A stretch of DNA of 63,978 nucleotides, filler included, from Olpidium bornovanus S191 (GCA_017911155.1; 28 parts of 28 records of this genome joined end to end with filler, not necessarily neighbours in it), one strand, 5' to 3'. Shown: positions 23,511 through 35,898, counted from the first letter of the whole stretch. The notes: a model not told the origin generated them from the sequence alone. Translations and numbers: made by a program.

Positions 23511-25760
23511 CATGTTGAATAAGCCCGCGGCGGCACAGGGTGGAGCAGGAGGAGCCGGCGGAGGAGGAGGAGGAGGAGGAGGAGGAGGAGGAGGAGGAGG
23601 AGGGGGAGGAGCAGGAGGAGGCGCAGGAGGAGCAGGAGAAGGAGCAGGAGGAGGAGGAGTAGGAGGAGGAGGAGGAGGCGGGCCCGCGGGAAAGACAGCC
23701 TCTCATTCCCCTGCCTCTTCCTCCTCGTCGTCTTCGGCTTCGCATGCTGCCGCCGCTGCCGGCACCGCCACCCCGCGAGCCGCCCCCGACGACGCGTCGC
23801 CGCCGCCGGCTGCTGGCAAAAAGAGCGGTGCAAGGAGCAGCAGTACAGACACCAGTGCCAACGTGAAGTCGCCGCAGAAGAGTATGAGGGAAACGGAAGG
23901 GGAGGGCGGCCGTGAAGAATAGGGAAAAAAAAAGACGGATATGCGTGGACTGCCAGTTTGGCGTAACGTGGCATCGGAAACCGGCCCCGTGCATGCGGTC
24001 GACGTGCGAGCGTGTGGAGACGACGCGCCCGTGCCGGCGTGAGCGCAAACGCCTCTGACATCCTGCTTGTGCAACGGCCGCTGACAGCGTCCGCAACCGC
24101 ATCAACTTCGGCAACTCCGACCAAGACTCGCGTTTGTCGCAACGTGGTGATCCACGGCTACTGCAAGTTTGAGGGAAAAGGCTGCGAGTTTAACCATGAC
24201 ACGGTACATGTTCCAGCTGCTTCGCTCGCGGAAGGGGGCGGCTCTCCTGATCTCCTCGAGCTGATGCGGACCGTTTCCCTCCGGCTGGTGATGCTGCCGG
24301 CGCAGGGCAAGTCCAATCTCCACAGCCCAGACCCGTAAGCCAACCGACCGCGGCGCTACAGAAGCGATCGCAGAAAACTGCATGCTTTTAAACTGGTCAT
24401 TCGCTGTCTTGGCCCTATGCATTCGATTGGAGAAGAGCTTCAAAAAGCAAGCTCCGCGTTAATTCGCCGGCGTTCACGCCGTCTACCGCGAGTGAAGCGG
24501 TTCCAACGGTATCGGCGAACGCAGCCCCATATATCCTAAAATACGGCCTCGGCATCAGGAAAGCCCCCGCCGGTGCGTTGAGGGTGGGGGGTGAGGGGGG
24601 AAAGTGAGCCAACCGGAACGGGCTGTGTCGATCTTGTCGAACAGTCGCTCAGTGAATCCTCCGTGTTGCGGTGGCACAGCAGAAGACGTGTTCGGACCGT
24701 CGAGATTTTCTGAGGCGGCGCGACCCCTCTGGCGGCCAGAACAAGCTTTCGGCGAGCAGCAGCAATTTGGCGGGGCGTGAGTGCTGCGTGTCCCCGTGAG
24801 AACGACGCGAACTCAAGCAGTGACGTAGGATGACGACGTGAAACTGGGTCATGTGGCAGGAGCGGCTCCAGAGTCGTCGGCGGCGGCAGCAATTCGATGA
24901 TGAACGGCTACCGTGGATATAACGCGTCAACCTCCGGCGTTAGGGCGATGAACAACGCGTTCTCGCACATGGGTATCGGCGCCGAAATGGTGGTCGCGCA
25001 CGGCTTTGGTTCACTCCATCTTGGATAATTCTCGGAATCCTCAAACTCATTGCAGCACTTCCGCCGCCGACCGTCAGCAGGGTCCGGGAGCGCCGCCAAG
25101 TTTTTCGTTACCTCAACAACAACAGCCACAGTACGAAGGTTTTTACCAACACACGCCTATTCCGCACCAGCCGGTAGGTCACGTAGCGGTCCACTCCAGT
25201 TCCAATGGGGTGATTATTCCAGCAAATTTCAAAACCTGTTCTCACCCCCCACCCCCCCCCTCCTCCTTTCCAAAAAAAAACCACACCCCGGTTGCAGCTG
25301 CAGCACCACCTGTATTCGGTCCCGCTCCCAAGCGTTTCTAATTTTCACCGGAATCAGAAGACGGTACATTCCTTTTTCATGTCCAACAGATTACGGGAGG
25401 AGCTGACAGAACGAAATGAAGCGGTAGTTCGGACCGTTCACCGTGCGTTGTGCTTGGTTGCTTTCAGGCACAGCGAAATTTTAATTTAGGCAATAATGGC
25501 CCTTCACCAGGGCTCCGCTCGCGCGCCCAACTCGGACGGATTATGTTTCCATCTCTGATGACCTTAACTTTGCGTTGGCTCTCTGCTCGCGACCAGCCCA
25601 AAGCATGCACCTACCTCAGCAGCTGCACGTGTATCACTCGTTTTACCCATTGGATGACAGTCCAGAAAGACCAAACAGAGTATTTGGGTATTCAACGAAG
25701 GTGTACAAGGTGACATGCTCGCTTGATGGGAAGCCTTACGTCCTTCGAAGAATAGAAGGT
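23511..25760 (+). CDS. PAN3: PAN2-PAN3 deadenylase subunit PAN3, 5' part
   Basis: CCCH finger CRNVVIHGYCKFEGKGCEFNHD, PAM2-like KLRVNSPAFTPS, LQHHLYS, SFFMSNRLREELTERNEA, and pseudokinase start YHSFYPLD...FGYSTKVYKVTCSLDGKPYVLRRIEG. Confidence 0.95.
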
Positions 25761-25959
25761 AAGGCCCTGGTAGGCTTTTGTTAGAATTTGGCGCGGCTGG
25801 AATTTTGTTTGCCGCGTCGCCCATTATCTGACGCNNNNNNNNNNNNNNNNNNNNNNNNNNNNNNNNNNNNNNNNNNNNTTAATTAATTAANNNNNNNNNN
25901 NNNNNNNNNNNNNNNNNNNNNNNNNNNNNNNNNNGGGGGAATGGGGGGGGGAATGGCCG

Positions 25960-26250
25960 GGGATATCGGGGACGGGGGATATTCCACCCTTGAAGCGTGC
26001 GATGCGGGGACCGATTTGCGACCGGCTGGCCAAACACACCTAGCCGAAGGGGCGCGCCGGAAGTTTGGCCTGAACGCGGATGGCCCCACGCGGCGCGGGT
26101 TCTGAATATCCAAAAAGATCCTCTCGGCCGCGCCCGTTTTTGTTGCGGTGCATCCCGCGCACCGCAATTCAACTGCAATTCGATCCCCTTCGCTGCGCGC
26201 GCGTCGGCGTACAACCTTCCCAATGAACTTGCCGTCGTGGACCGTGGGGC
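25960..26250 (-). mobile_element. Decayed Ty1/copia integrase fragment
   Basis: Frameshifted segments KGIELQ, PQQ/GAAER and VANRSPHRTLQG match the copia integrase pattern GI..Q...PQQNG.AER...NR.P...L.G. Confidence 0.55.
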
Positions 26251-26516
26251 GTCTGGCCGGTGCAATTGAGCAGCCAGGGGATGATGTAGTCGTGCGATGC
26301 AGCCGTCGTGAAACGATACATTCTTTGTTTTTTTTTATACTTTTCTTTCTCTTCTTCCGCTCGGCTGGTCAGCGCGGAGGCGGAAAAAACGCCGGCCCCG
26401 CCCGCGTCAGGACATGCAAAAAAAAAGGATCGCAGCCAAACCGACAACGGCACACGAAAACGGTTGGGGCAAAACGTGCGGGTCCGTTTCCCTTCATATT
26501 GTAGGCCGCAGCGCCC

Positions 26517-26812
26517 GATGGAGCCCCGAACCAGCGAAGCTAGTGATAGATAAAAACGCAGGATGGAGCCCGCAACCAGCTAAGCTAGTGATGGATAAAA
26601 ACAAAAGAAAAAAAAGAGTGGTTGGCTCCCGTCGGCGAATCAGCTAAGCTAGTGACAGATAAAAACGCAGGATGGAAACCGGAACTAGCTAAGCTAGTGA
26701 TAGATAAAAACAGAAAAAAAAGAGGGGTTTTCTCCTGCCGGCGAACTAGCTAAACTAGAGATAGATAAACCAGAAAAAAAAAAAGAAGAGAGGTTGGCTT
26801 CCGCCGGCGCAA
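26517..26812. repeat. Higher-order minisatellite: five about 27-bp cores (consensus C(C/T)AGCTAAGCTAGTGATAGATAAAAAC) separated by alternating 18-nt and 34-37-nt spacers
   Basis: Cores start at 26531, 26576, 26640, 26685 and 26746. Confidence 0.9.
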
Positions 26813-26815
26813 GAC

Positions 26816-27398
26816 TCAGCGGTCAGGGCTGCTCAAGTTCATCCAGGTTGCCCATAAAATGTTCTTGAGCTGCAGCAAATCCGGCCTCCGGCTGTGCTTC
26901 GCGGGGAGTTGACGAAACTCGCCGGTCATGTTCAGCGAACGACCGACGTGCTCCGGCGACACAAAATCCATCGCCACCTTGACGGCGCTCCGGAGGTTGG
27001 CGCCCTGGTGTACGCAGCCCGCCGGTACGTAGACCGCGTCCCCGGGCTTCTGGTAGACGCGCCAACCCCGGACGCCGTACTTCAGGTGGAGGAGGCGGCG
27101 ATCCGCGTCGGTGAGGTACACGACTTGGTCGTGTATGATGTCGGCCGCATACTCCACGGCCCCCTTCGACGCCCCCGGGCCCGGCGGCCTCAGCGGTAGC
27201 ACCTCCTTCCGCAGGAACTCACGCACGACGTCCAACTTGTCCGCGGGGAATATGTCCCAGACCGCACCGACCTGATCGCCATCATCGTCGTTGTTCTCGG
27301 AGTCCTCGTCCCTACCGACATGCACCATGAGGTTGACGGCGTCGGCCATGTCGAGGTGCAAACACGTGGTGCCGACAGAGCCGCGGCGCACCGTGGCA
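26816..27398 (-). CDS. KDM3: KDM3/JMJD1-family JmjC histone demethylase, C-terminal part
   Basis: GTTCLHLDMADAVNLM, GAVWDIF, IHDQVVYL, QKPGDAVYVPAGCVHQ, KVAMDFVSPEHV and DLLQLKNIL. The Fe(II) H-x-D...H triad is intact. Confidence 0.93.
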
Positions 27399-28129
27399 NN
27401 NNNNNNNNNNNNNNNNNNNNNNNNNNNNNNNNNNNNNNNNNNTTAATTAATTAANNNNNNNNNNNNNNNNNNNNNNNNNNNNNNNNNNNNNNNNNNNNCA
27501 GCGGCCAATCGGGCGGCACCCAATCTAACGGCCATATTTCCCGGGGAAGGAATGGCGGGACACCACCAACGTCAGCGCGTCCACGGGCGCCGTTCGTGTT
27601 TACGGGCGGAAACGTCATGTGGCATTGTTTACGACCGGCGGCCCGGGCGGCCGGCCCTGCAGCCGCTCCCGAGCGGAAAACAAGAAGGAGGCGGGGAAAG
27701 ATGGGGTGAGTGTTGCTCTGTTTTTCCGCTCGGCGCGGCGCGCTCTCCTCTCCGTCAAGCGAAACACACCGAGCGCTGACTTCTGTCTCTGACCCTGTTC
27801 GTTCCGCGCCTCCGCCTCTTCGTTCCGCGCCACTGCCTCTGCTCGTTGCGCGACTCCCGCCTCCGTTCGTCTTGTTCCTCCGCCTCTGTTCGTTCCACGG
27901 CCTTCCCTATTCGTTTTGTGCCACGGTCTCTCTTCGGTTCGCGCCGCCGCCTCTGTTTATTAGGTTCTCCGCCAAGTGTTTTCCAAATTTATGACCTCGC
28001 CGCGGACACACTATGGCAAACTAAGTACCTTTCTTTTTTGGTTTTTTTTTTTGTCTGGGAAGTGGGGAGTATATAGATGTGGTGGGCGAGGTCGGATGCA
28101 TGTATCAGACAAGGTACATGCAGGCCGGA

Positions 28130-28285
28130 AGGGGCGTGGTAACATGGCACATGCTGTCCGGAATAATAAGCGGGAGCATGGTAACATAAGTTCATGCAGA
28201 TCGAAAAAGCGGGAGCATGGTAACATGGCACATGCAGACCGAGTAAATGAGGGGGCATGGTAACATAATTCATGCAGACCGGTTC
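28130..28285. repeat. About 40-bp minisatellite, four units with alternating A/B variants around TGGTAACAT
   Basis: Cores at 28138, 28179, 28218 and 28258, followed alternately by GGCACATGC and AA(G)TTCATGC. Confidence 0.85.
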
Positions 28286-29955
28286 CAGCTTGGGCGCGCG
28301 TCGTGGAAATGGGGTGATGCGTCGCCGTGTCTTTTTTTTTTGTCGTCCCTCCGACCATAACATCACTTGCCGCGCTCACTAAGTAACCCTTTCAAGATCT
28401 TCCAAAAGGGAAGTGCACACGCGTTGATTGAGAGATTGTTTTTTTTCTTTTTGTGGGGTTTTTTGCATTTATTTTTCAACACTGACGCTCACCGGTCCCG
28501 TAGGGAGGCGGTGTCCAGCCTACGCGTGCATGCATTAATGCAGCGCGGGGTGCCGAGGAGAGGGTTGGCGACCTCGGCGAATATGGACGATGTGGTTAGC
28601 CTCCGCAAGATCAGGGTTTTGAGGCGGAGTCCAGCCTTCGCGTATGCTTCGCACTGCGCAGGGTGCCGAGGAGGGGTGCGGGCGGCCTTGGCGTATGGGC
28701 GTTGGGTTGCATCAAAGATCCCATCATCCCGCGTGTTAAAAAAGTTAGTAAGCAATGTTTTTTTGTCCCTTCTTTCTCTGGATTTTTTGCAATATTGACG
28801 ACCTCTGCGCATGCCGCGGACTCACCGAACGACGACAGTATCCAGCGCTTCCACGCCGAAAAAAGAAGTACATGTAGTTGTGCAACGATACGCCTTTAAT
28901 AGATTGGTGCCACCCTTAATATAATCGGGCTAAAGTGACAGAAGTCAAATTGCGTTCGTTTTCGGACATGGCCGGGATTTTTTTCTCAGACATGTAGAGC
29001 TTGCTTCTTCGTTATTAATTTTGCATTCCCTATCAACGCCGACCCGCATACACCGCCTCCGCTTGTCCCAAAGCGGGACTTTTTTGTATTCAAATTTCCC
29101 TCCCAATGCAGACCACCGATAGAGCGCCCAATGTATAAAAACAGCGTCGTCCTACGAGCGCATATCCTGCGGTTGCTCCCCCGCAAGGAGCGCATTTCCT
29201 TGTCGTGCCGCCGATTGTGCGTTTGGATGCACGTGGAGGGACACGAAGTGTCGCGGATGCCGCCGTTTTGCGCAGGTATGCATGCCGAGCGGCGAGGTTG
29301 CTTCTGCGACGTCATCAAAGAGCGTGTCGAAGATGGTTTATTTGGTGTGCCTGATGTCTTTGATGCAATTCGTTCACCATGTTGGAGTGTGCGCGGAAGG
29401 CGCCAAAGGGGTTATAGTTATCCTTTTCTTGCCTCCCGTTGCCATGGGCAAAATTTTTCCCCGTGATCTGCCCGAAGCCCTTTTTGGAGCGAATGCGTCC
29501 CGTTCAGCGTATCTCCGGCCCCACCCGAACCGATCCCCCTTTTCCAGCTGTTCCAAGGTGGTCAGACGAAACCGAGATTGTAAAGGTTTTTGTACCGTTG
29601 AAAATCCCATAAAAGGATTAACGAAAAAACCCATCCAAAAACGTTTCTGAGGGAAAGTTTACTCGCGAGTCATTCCACTGTCTGTCCAACCCACACACGG
29701 TGCAAGACTGTTACCCGCGTTTATGGGAGGCGATTCCACCGGCGTACCTGGTTGTGGTGATCCCACTACTCCGAGTTCGACTGGCTCAGAGGCCGCGAAG
29801 AGCTTTTCGTCGCCGTCACTGTAATTGTTGGAGCTGCCTTCGTCGTGGCATTCGGTGCCCGGCGCAGGAATAACGCTCGATTCGTCGTCGTAGCCATCGA
29901 AGAGTTGTTCACCGTCACAGGCTGACTCGGTGGCGGGGGCTGTCGAAGCCAGTGT

Positions 29956-31108
29956 GATCTTCGAAGAATGTCACATCTCTGCTCTAAATTGTACGCCACG
30001 TGGGGGGGGTGGGGGGGGGCAGCCAACATCGCCGACTCTTTTGCTCATCGGAGTAGCCAAACATTACGGCGCATTTGCCACTGTCATCATGTTGCCACCA
30101 GGGCAGCGAGTCTCAGGTATGCGCGCAATGGCCAGACAATAAAAAAAACGCGATGGTGTTTCGTGGAAAGGCTGAACCATATCATGCTTTATAGGGCGTA
30201 ATGGGATTTTTTTAAAGGCTTGTGCGGCTAGTATATTTGTGTAGGTCTACAGTGGTGAGGAGCGCTTCAGCCCAAAATGCGTCAGGCACGTGATGGTGCA
30301 TGAGGATCGCGCGCAGGCGTTCTCCAAGTGTCCTTTTTGAGTTCTTCTGCCATGCCAATTTGAGGGGTGGAGAGGGGGGGGGAGTCACGAACGGTGACAA
30401 AATGGCGTTTGTCAGGTCGGTTAGATGTCGATTCCAGCGATCATTGATATAATTGCTTCCCCTGTCTGTTTGCAAAGACTGATTTTGTATATTTTTCAGC
30501 GGCCGCCTGAAATGTGGGTACTTGTCGACGCTTTTGGATTTGCGCTTCGTGCAATAGGCGGTGATGTACATAGTGGAAGACTATGTCGAGGAAGACGGTG
30601 ACATATTTAACACCACCAAAAAGTCTGATGGGAAGGATCGCGATGTCACGACGGGCCTTTTTTTCCCCCAGACGCTACGATGTGCGGTTTGCGGGGTTGC
30701 TGGTGCGGATGGCGCGGAGTGGCGGTTCGACTGATCTTTCGCATGGCACAGATCGCGCAGCTCATACTTGGTCCGGCGCGGCCAAGGCGTGCATGGAGCA
30801 AGCGTCCCGGGTTCTTCGCATACCTCTTAGTCGAGAGTGTCGAGGGACGGGTTTTCAAAGCTGCGAGCTTCCAAGCTGTCCTTTGGTGTTGCCATTGATG
30901 AGGTGATCAACATCAGGATGATAAAGGTGGCACGCCCTGACAAACTCCAGTGTCTAGACGGCAATCCTTTAATATCATGTTGCAACCCATGCCGTGGAAA
31001 TAGAAGTCCGTTCTTTTGGCCGTCAGGCGGCTGATCGACCGGAGGTTTCTGACCATTTCGGGAAAGGATGTAGATGTCATAGATAGTGACCGAGTGGCCT
31101 CTCAGTAC
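29956..31108 (-). mobile_element. Decayed Ty1/copia pol (protease end, GAG-pre-integrase, integrase)
   Basis: PEMVRNLRSISRL, LLHARLG...CAICAMRK, GGVKYVTVFLD, LQTDRGSNY, RTLGERLRAIL...PDAFWAEAL, GYSDEQK and RDVTFFED appear in copia order, with stops and frameshifts. Confidence 0.88.
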
Positions 31109-31208
31109 NNNNNNNNNNNNNNNNNNNNNNNNNNNNNNNNNNNNNNNNNNNNTTAATTAATTAANNNNNNNNNNNNNNNNNNNNNNNNNNNNNNNNNNNN
31201 NNNNNNNN

Positions 31209-32538
31209 CATGATATCGTCTGATTGCTTTGTGCCGAGACGGTGGTAGTACACCTAAGAGCACGGGAGCGGAATCGGGTTGGCCGAATAATGCTGCGCGG
31301 AATGCTTAGCTCCAAAACGCTTACCATCGCGTTCTCGCTTGAACCGGTTTCTGTGCCGGCCTTATCTTTGTCCACCGTCGGTTTCGGGTACCGCTATTCC
31401 ATTCGCGTAAGTATTCGTCGAACAGAATCGTGTCGTAAACTAACCATCCGGGCAACCCACGTTATAAAAGAATCCTTTATTATCATGCGTCCAGCTCAGA
31501 CCGGTGAACTTGCACCACTCGATGATGTCATCATAAGTTTTACCCCCGGGTGTAGTCTCCTTTACGTGGACGCTGATCCAATCGGATCCAGAGCGCGAAA
31601 TCCCGTAAGCGAAAAGCTGTTGGAAGCGACAGAACCGGTGAATTCCGTGAAATCGCCGCATGCAAAACATTTTCTGCGAACAAGCCCTACTTTCCCGTCG
31701 TCAGAAAATCCATAGGTGGAGAGTGCCGCTGTACCGTCTGCCTCCAGGGTGTTCGGATCAAGGAAACTGGTGGGTTCGTCCTCCAAGCTCTTAAACTGCC
31801 AGAGCACGCTCTGTATTCCGCTGAAAGTCAATATGGCTCGTTCGCATGCAAAATAGAAGACGCAGTTCCCTCTTCTGTCGATACCTGAGGCTGCAGCCCT
31901 GAGTTTCGGAACTGGTAAAAGTAGCTGCCGCGCTTGAAAGGGCAGCCGTACTTAGGATAGTCGTTGAGCTTAGTCAACCTGTCAAGCGGCGTGTCGTGTT
32001 TGTTGTCGGTATGGTGCCGCGCGGAGGGGTATGGGGGGTTCGATTCACGCATTCGTGGGTTTGGAACGCAAAACTGCTCGTGACGGCACGCCCCGAAACT
32101 TCTTTTTACCTCTTCTTGATATTTTCGCGCAGAGGATGGCTCTCGAAGTAACGGAAAGTTCGCTTGTTCTGCTCGTCTACAAATGTCTGTTCGTGTTGCG
32201 CGGCAAAAAAGTATTTAAAGCCGCGTCAAAACAAGGAAATTTCGAAGCCGGCGGTTGAGCGGCAGGACCAACGAAAGGGACGCCTGACGCGCATGCGCGT
32301 CCCGCACGAACGTCGCAAACATTTTTTTCTGGAGACTCCACTGCTTCACCTTGGTCTCCTCCGCATCGGGATCTTCCAGATAGCGGAAGGGGTCGTGGAC
32401 AACTCTCCCGAAGTGCTCCTCCTTGACGGTATCGTCCCGGCGCGCTTTGGGATAATCTCCAGGATCAAAAGCGGAACCGGCGGCAAAGCCCGCCGCCGAG
32501 CCTACCGCGCCGACGGTGGCGAGAGGAGCCGCAGACAT
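31209..32538 (-). CDS. PREP: Prolyl oligopeptidase (S9A), 5' part (beta-propeller region)
   Basis: YPKARRDD, DPFRYLEDPD, YPKYGCPFKRG.YF...NSGLQPQ, FLDPNTLEADGT, FAYGISRSGSDW, EWCKFTGLSWTHDNKGFFY and YYHRLGT over multiple GT-AG exons. Confidence 0.96.
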
Positions 32539-33769
32539 CGTTTCTGGCGAGGCACGCAGTCGGAAGCACGAAGGTCTCCAAGGGCACCAGGCGGGGCGTT
32601 TTCTGGGCGGCAGGAGGGCAGCCGGGAAGGATCGCCAGCTGTACTTCCGGAGAAGCGGCGCCGGGCGAGACGGGAAGGTCGCGAGGACGCAGCGGCAAAG
32701 TCCTGTGGAACGCGGGAGGGTCGGGGATTCGAGATCAGGGGCGACGTCACGAACGTCTTACGGAGACGCACGCGTTCTCGTCGCCACCGCGTTCGCCGCA
32801 CCGCGGAGCGCACTGGAACGCATGACCCGGCCGCCTGTGGACGCGACAGCGGGCGGTTTTTTTCCGCTATTTTTTTTTTTTTTTTTGGCTTTCCAGGTGA
32901 GGGGCGCGGGCTGTGCGCACGCTACCTCTTTTTCGGGAAGGCGAGGGGGGAAACCGAGGCCTTTGGGCGCTTTCGTTTCTTCCGCGGCGGAGTCGGGGCA
33001 GGTGGGAAAAAAACAAAAAGGAAAAAAAAAAAAAAAAGCGCGCGTCACGCGTGTTGTGTTCGGGGGGGGGGGGGGGGGGAAGGGGCGCGCGCGCGACCGT
33101 CTGCCCGCCGCGAAATGCGCCGGAGATTTCAAAAGGAATCAGTACAACGCACGAGAAAGAGGAAGCGCGCAGGGCCGCAGGGCGAGGCGAGCGAGCAAAG
33201 GTTGCGTTTTCCACGTTCGGCTACCGCCCATTCTAGGCCTTTCACAGCACAGAAAACCTAAGGGAAGGCCGGGGCAACGCTGGCATTATCAGGTTGAACA
33301 GTCGTTCGGGAAGAAAATGCCCCGCTGGCGGATGGCGCGCGTGTGTCCTCGGCAACTCCGTGAGCACAGGATCCTTTCCTTTTTTTGTTTCCTTTTGTTT
33401 TAGCTTCTTCTAGGTGCCCAGCAGCCAACCTGGATTCCATTACCGTAAGTGTCCAAGTCTAGCATCACTGGAGTTACATGACAGCATTGCTTGACTTTTG
33501 ATTTCATCAAGCTGCCCTATGAGGGGCTAACCTTTATATCATACAAAAAGTTGGAGACAGGAGAGAGCAATTCAGCTGTTATTTGACAGAGGACGTCNNN
33601 NNNNNNNNNNNNNNNNNNNNNNNNNNNNNNNNNNNNNNNNNTTAATTAATTAANNNNNNNNNNNNNNNNNNNNNNNNNNNNNNNNNNNNNNNNNNNNCAT
33701 GTAAAATAGTAAGCCAGCTCACGGGGGCGGACCCGATCCTTACTCCGGAGGGATTCAGCAATTCCTCCC

Positions 33770-33925
33770 AGATCTCTCTCTCTCTCTCTCTCTTTTCCCC
33801 GCTCTCTTTTCCTCCTTCTCTTTTCCTCGCTCTATCGCACTCTCTCTCCCTTCCTTCTTTCTCTTGCTCCCCTCTTCTAAGTTTCTCTCACTTTCCCTTC
33901 TCTGTTCTCTCTCCTTCCCTCTCCT
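33770..33925. repeat. Degenerate (CT)n microsatellite
   Basis: Pyrimidine-only tract. Confidence 0.85.
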
Positions 33926-34689
33926 CGTTCCATGGGTTCGCAAAATCCGAGATTGTGTCTTCTGGGAACCAGCAAATCTAGCAATCTGTAAGCCCCAGGG
34001 TTCGGCAAATCCCATCCGTATCTGGCTCTGGCTAAAGCGCCACATCTGAATCTATCATATGTGTCGTGAAAGGCGCAATAACACACCAAGCACTAAAAAT
34101 GCCGCAAACACCATGGACAATGCTTGCCCCTGGCATGGCGGTGCCAAGCATGATTGCCCCGGGCATTTTGCATCGCTCCCCGGGCATGTTGCATTGCGGG
34201 CGCGCCGGGGGCCGCCAGCAGCCTGTGTTTTGTCGGTCCTGAATTTTTGATGTTTTCGAAAGCCGGAAGTGGAAGGAGAGGGGAAACTCCTCTTTCCCCA
34301 GAAATCTGGAGCAAAATGCATGATGATGCAAAAAGTATAAGGTAGCAAATCCTGTAAGGCCCTAACCTAACGGTTTGGGAATCATGTTGCAGATCAGACG
34401 CACTTCGTTCTCCAACCGGTGCAGTGCTACATTTTAACAGATTTATTTCACGTCAACCACAATGGAACTAGTCCAGCATCTGAGTCCACATGCACATAGC
34501 AGATAGCGATGAATCAGGCAAAGAACTGGGTGCTTGCAGATGACCAGGTGTATCAGATGTTAAACTTCCTTCCTTCCATAATTCATAATCAGTTCATTCA
34601 TGGCATTAGATTTTTCCTCATGATTAGCTCCGAATATTTCAAGACCAAAAGCCAAAAAGATTACGAGCCCTTCTGAGATGCCTGCACCA

Positions 34690-34980
34690 CCGCAACCGCG
34701 CCCACCTCCGGCCGCCTGCGCCTTTGCGCCCATGCCATCCTGCGCTCTTTCACCTGCGCCCGCCCGTGTCGCGGCGCCCTTGCAACCGCGCCCGCTTTGC
34801 TGTGACCGCGCCGCCCGTGCGCCCATCGCGACCGCACCCGCCTCCGCGTGCCCTTGCACCCTTGCGACCGCGCCCGCCATCACCTGCGCCTCCGCGACCA
34901 CACCCTCCGCACGCCCTTGCAACCGCGCCCGCCCTTGCCTACGCATTTGTGACCACGCGCCTCCGCCCGCGCCTTCGCGC
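34690..34980. repeat. C-rich degenerate minisatellite with core CCCTTGC(A/G)ACCGCGCCCGC
   Basis: The core recurs at about 34777, 34860 and 34915, with looser GACC(G/A)C variants between. Confidence 0.65.
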
Positions 34981-35797
34981 CAGTTCCCTTTGTTTGCCAC
35001 GTTCCCCCGGTCTTTCCCTTGCCGCGGTTTTTGTGCACCGCGCCCACCTTCTGACCTTTCCCGCGCCCGCTTCCCTTCCACAACCAAACAAAAAGAAAAG
35101 AAAATAAAAACTGTTGCAGCGTTTCTCGCCGCTTCCTCACGCGCGCTTCTCTTCCTCCTTCCTCGTTTTTCCCCGCAAAGTCCCTTTCTCCGCCACCTCT
35201 GCGCGCTTTTTCCGATGCCCCTGCGCCTGCGACGGACGCCACCGCCGAACGTGTCTCCTGCGGCCCCCGCGAACGCCGCCATGGTCCGCAGCCGTCTGCA
35301 GCCTGAGGGGGACACTCATTCTCCATGCCGCTCCAGGTCACGACAAACCCTGTAAACGTGCTCACTGATGCCACAACCATGGCGTTGGTATAACTAACCC
35401 AAATGCTTCCTCTAATGCATGAGCGCGAGTTTAAATGCGAAACGAAACAGCAGCCAGGTTACAACAGCTGGAAGAACTGTACAATCGTCTTCTCGATGCT
35501 TTTCATCGTCGGGGAAACGTGAGCGACAATTGCAACAATGAAGAAGAGAATGCTCAAGAATACAAACAAGGTTTATTTAAGGTCTATGACGCCGTAGTCC
35601 ACTTTAAATAATGTGCAAAGTTAAAAAAAAGTTTATCACCTTCTGAAGAACGAATCAATTTATTGAAGCGTCTTTACTATGGTAAATCCCTCATGGCNNN
35701 NNNNNNNNNNNNNNNNNNNNNNNNNNNNNNNNNNNNNNNNNTTAATTAATTAANNNNNNNNNNNNNNNNNNNNNNNNNNNNNNNNNNNNNNNNNNNN

Positions 35798-35898
<101 letters not shown>

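Noticed and set aside
26517-26812. CRISPR array
   Set aside because: Spacers are homologous to one another in two classes, the cores are degenerate, no cas genes are present, and the context is a eukaryotic 3' flank.
28900-28925. Mariner-like TIR or tRNA 3'-end PBS (TGGTGCCACC)
   Set aside because: There is no partner TIR, no LTR end before it and no transposase.
32030-32050. tRNA gene suggested by GGTTCGATTC (B-box-like)
   Set aside because: No cloverleaf or A-box is present, and it lies antisense inside a prolyl oligopeptidase intron.
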